Shown piece after piece: positions 59,948 through 64,000 of a stretch of DNA of 64,000 bases (position 1 is the stretch's first letter; every line of letters starts with the position of its first letter). This DNA comes from the human T2T-CHM13v2.0 reference genome, Homo sapiens: assembly GCF_009914755.1 (NCBI RefSeq), contig NC_060947.1; one strand, 5' to 3'. Both the position numbers and the translations under genes were made by a program. A model generated the notes under the pieces. The model saw only the letters and a program-made list of their open reading frames with translations. It searched no databases and was not told the DNA's origin.

Positions 59948-60470
59948 TTCTTTTTTCTTCTCTCAACTTTTGTTTTAGATACAGGAAGTATATTTGTAGG
60001 TTTTTTACATGGGTATGTTGCACTCAGGCAGTGGGCATAGTACCTAGTAGGTAGCTTTTTAACCTATCCCCTTTCCAACTAGTAGTTTGCAGCGTCTGTT
60101 TTTCCCATGTTTATGTCCACAGGTGCTCAATGTTTAGCTCTTACTTGTAAGTGAGAACATGCAGTATTTGGTTTCCCATTCCTGCATTAATTTGCTTAGG
60201 GTTATGGCTTCCAGCCCCATCCATGGAAGGAGGACATGGATGCATGCAAAGGACATGGTTTCATTCTTTTTCATGGCTGCATATTATTCCATAGTGTGTA
60301 CATGTCATATTTTCTTTATTCAATCCACCATTGATGGCCACCTAGGTTGATTCCATGTCTTTGCTATTGTGAATAATGTGACAATGAACATAACGAGTCC
60401 ACGTGGCTTTTTGATATAATGATCTATTTTTCTTTGGGTATATACCCAATAATGGGATTGCTGAGTCAAT
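59948..60470 (-). mobile_element. L1PA13-16-like 3' fragment
   Basis: Reverse 3'UTR/ORF2 end: gtaagtgagaacatgcagtatttgg...gggtatatacccaataatgggattgctg. Confidence 0.85.
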
Positions 60471-60964
60471 TTCTAAAGTTCAACCTTGTATTCGATGTAG
60501 TCATACATCTAAAGTGGCTATGAATATGTAGTTTGATAACGAAAAGACACCAGGGTCATCTTCAGGAAGCAGCAATAAAATCAAGCTACAAGAAGAAAGT
60601 ATACCATACATATTGACATTTTCTATGTTTGTATTTTCTTTCATTTTTCACAGTTTTCTATGTTTGTTAATTTTTTTCACATTTTGCTTCATATGTATTA
60701 ATATAATGACATGGAAATTACAGCAACACTAGAAAGGGAACAATGTTATTATTTGTGAAAATGGGCAGAGCCAATGTGAATTTATACTCATGAAAATTTT
60801 TTGGATTTAGAACATCTTGGTGAATATTTGAGAGACTAATTTAGGGCAAAATTTTTTGATGATTGATAAATTTCTGTGAGTGTTGTGTGATGTTCTGATA
60901 TAGCAATTCTATTTTGTGTATATATGCATATATTCATTTACTATGATTTCTTCTTTTGTATATA

Positions 60965-61285
60965 CAGTCATGCATCACTTAACAACAAAGATATGTTCTG
61001 AGAAATGCATCCTTAGGTGATTCCATCATTGTAGAGTGCATTTACACAAACCTAGATGGTATAGCCTACTGCTCACCTAGGCTATATGGTATAGCCTATT
61101 GCTTCTGGGCTACAAACCTGCACAGGATGTTACTATACTGAATAATGAAGGCAACTGTAACACATTGGTAAACATTTGTGTACCTAAACACAGAAAAGGT
61201 ACAGTAAACATACAGTATTATAATCATATGGAACAACCGTTGTATGTACAGTTCATCATTGACCAAAATGTCAATGCAAGAGAAA
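60965..61285. mobile_element. Tigger3a/MER7-type MITE
   Basis: cagtcatgcatcacttaac...ttctgagaaatgcat...acacaaacctagatggtatagcctac. Confidence 0.85.
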
Positions 61286-62186
61286 CAATTAAACAAGAAA
61301 AATCAAAATTACACCAATAGCATTGAGCTATGAAAAACAACAGGAAAATAATTATACCATGCTTTACCTAGATTAATGAATTAGTACTAAATTCAATTCT
61401 GTTCTTTTTTGTAGGCAAGGTTAAAAAGAACATTTATGTGTTTTGATAAAAAGAAAATATATCATGTTTCACAACAGTGAATACTAGGTCATTCTGACAT
61501 TCATCTTTTCACAGAATACAGTGTTGTGCATGCTAAAAATAATAATAAATATGCTAAATGGTGGTATTACAAAAGAAATGCAGGAAAATTATTTCTATTG
61601 GTCTTTTTCCAATAAAAATCAAGGGTCCAATACAAAAGCGTATGAGAACAATGGTTAAGAGTGTAATGAATCAGTCTGAAGATCCTAATTTAACAGGTCG
61701 TAACTTTTTTAAAATAATGAAATAACAGATATCATTTGTCTTATGGTATCTTCAGAAATGCTAATTACCTTAGCTTGACATTTTCCTAGAACTTTTTACC
61801 TGCTCAAGAGCTGAACAGAATGAGAAACAAAGTTCTATTTCAGAGTTTGTGGGTGGCAACTTAAAATAAGAAATATCACACATATGCATTGTTATGAATC
61901 TACAGTATTGATCATAAAATGGCTCACCATGTCATCCATGAAATTCTGTGGTCTTCTCCTGAAGGGTCCCACATTTTGACTCAGCAACTTCTCATTAACT
62001 CAAAGAAGTCGCTCACAGAATAGAATTATTCAGCATTGTTCATTTGAACCTGTACATTAATTTATCAAAAATCATTTAACATCTACAAAAGAGACAAAAT
62101 CCCTGCACTTTAGGAGTGTATCATCTAGTGAAAGTGATAGATAACAGAAATAAATGAATAAGCAAGAAAGTAAATTTCAGATTGTC

Positions 62187-62190
62187 CTAA

Positions 62191-62229
<39 letters not shown>

Positions 62230-62230
62230 A
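62187..62230. repeat. (TAAA)n microsatellite
   Basis: Direct reading. Confidence 0.95.
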
Positions 62231-62646
62231 GGGAGATAGAGAACTTTAAAGGATGCACATCAGATAAAGTGGATAGTTAGGCTTCCATGAAATGATGTCT
62301 AAGCCAAGACCTTACAGACATAAAAAAGTTGGAAAGAGCATTTGAGCCAGAGAAAATAATAAATGCAGAAGTCGTAAGACAGGAAGTGTTTAGCACAAAC
62401 AATGAATAGTAAGAAAGCCAATCTTTCTCTAATGGAGCGAGTAAAGGAGGAAATAAGTTTGGAGAATTTTACTGGGATTTGTTCACATAGGATCATGACA
62501 ATATGCATTGGCCTTTTATATTAGAAACAATAGAAAACTATTGAAGAATAAATATTTGGAGAACTAGTTTAGGAAAACGTGTGTACATGATTCATCAAAT
62601 TTTGTAAGTGTTAAGTGATACCTGGTGTAACTTAACAGTTATATTT

Positions 62647-62650
<4 letters not shown>

Positions 62651-62702
<52 letters not shown>

Positions 62703-62703
62703 T
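62651..62703. repeat. (TA)n(CA)n microsatellite
   Basis: Direct reading. Confidence 0.95.
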
Positions 62704-63214
62704 ATTCATTTACTTCTGCCATTCCTTGTTCCAAATTAATTTGGAATGGTTTACTGGAAGACACAGAGTTAAATAAGAAAAACCAAAAGAAAACAGTGGC
62801 TCTAAATTGTGGAAATCTTCTTGTAAGATGGTAACAGCAGAAGTGGAGAAACCGGTTCTTGAAACAATGGTCTTGAAATAGTGGGAATAGAGGAATATAG
62901 TTTCATTTACAAAGACAGGAGAATGTGAAAGAGGTATAGGTTTAAAATGTATATTTGAATGTGTTAAGTTTAAGATTATGTATTAATCATCATTGACTAA
63001 ATTATGCTGCATAGTATTCCATTGTTTCTATGCAACATACTTCATTTTAGCAGCACCCTATTGAAAGAACATTTTAAAATTTTACTCCCTTTTTTTTGAC
63101 AGTATAAACAATGCAGTAATGAATACCCTTATATACATCACTTCTTGAAATCTTAGAGGCATTTCTCCAGAGGAAAGTACCAATAGTGGAACTCCTAATT
63201 TACTGAGTGAAGCT

Positions 63215-63822
63215 TTCTTTTCTGTTTTAAAACCTTTTATTTTAGGTTCAGGGGTACATGGGCAGGTTTGTTATATAGGTAAACTCGTGTCATGGGGGTT
63301 TGTTGTACAGATTATTTCTTCACCCATGTATGAAGACTAGTACCCAATAGTTATTTTTTCTTCTCCTCTTTCTCCTTCCAACCTCCATCCTCAGGTAGGC
63401 CCCAGTGTCTATTGGTCCCGTCTCTGTGTCCGTGTGTTCTCATCATTCATTTCCCGCTTATAAGTGAGAACATGTGGTATTTGGTTTTCTGGTTTTCTGT
63501 TCCTATGTTGTTTGCTAAGGATAATGGCCTCCAGCTGCATCCATGTGTCTGAAAAAGACATGATTTCTTTTTTTAAATGAATGCATAGTATTTCACAGTG
63601 TATATGCACCACATTTTCTTTATCCAGTCTTCCTTTGATAGGCATTTAAGCTGATTCCATGTCTTTGCTACTGTGAATAGTGCTGCAATGAACACATGAG
63701 TACATGTGTCTTTATGATAGAATGATTTATATTCCTTTTGGTTTATACCAAGTAATGGGATTGCTGGGTCCAGTGGTAGCTCTGTTTTTAGCTCTTTGAG
63801 AAATTGCCACACTGCTTTACAC
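63215..63822 (-). mobile_element. L1PA13-15-like 3' fragment
   Basis: ORF 63573..63983 (VWQFLKELKTELP.DPAIPLLGI...HKDTCT.VFIAALFT) is the ORF2 C-terminus; 3'UTR present. Confidence 0.88.
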
Positions 63823-64000
63823 AAATTTGTTAAGATACTATCCAGTTGCTCACAAAATGGTTGAGTAATTTTATAGTCCCACCTAAGAAGAGTAAGAGTT
63901 CCCAGAAATGTTCTTTCTGTCACTTTTAAGTAAGCGGTATGAGATTCCTTTTCTAATCCTGACTTATGATATTGAAACCACACTGTTACATGTTTGAATC

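Noticed and set aside
61053-61100. Direct and inverted atggtatagccta repeats
   Set aside because: Intrinsic to the Tigger3a/MER7 consensus as I recall it.

Overview
AT-rich, repeat-dense human genomic DNA; a human-specific AluYb8/9 copy is present. The window lies inside one large + strand multi-exon gene. I read eight coding exons by eye (1601-1712, 4524-4628, 8585-8741, 16961-17059, 45879-46038, 47788-47882, 51279-51431, 59080-59251). All have AG/GT boundaries and compatible phases, and they splice into one open 1053-nt frame (~351 codons) of tandem Ig-like/ASH-type repeats. From memory this matches the C-terminal part of CFAP47 (old CXorf30, Xp21); this was not database-checked. The rest is intron filled with Alu, L1, L2, MIR, MaLR/ERV LTRs, DNA-transposon MITEs and microsatellites. 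Nearly all ORFs in the supplied track are repeat-derived or spurious. I see no evidence for a new multi-gene system. The best oddities are two adjacent 5'-inverted (twin-primed) L1 insertions at 40.5-42.1 kb that each carry a short non-L1 3' tag inside their TSDs, an AluYb9-type copy with an imperfect TSD, inverted Alu pairs around exons, a candidate LTR-driven antisense small ORF, and an LTR-less MaLR-internal/L1 fusion. Repeat subfamily names come from recalled consensus motifs, and the edges of old elements are approximate.
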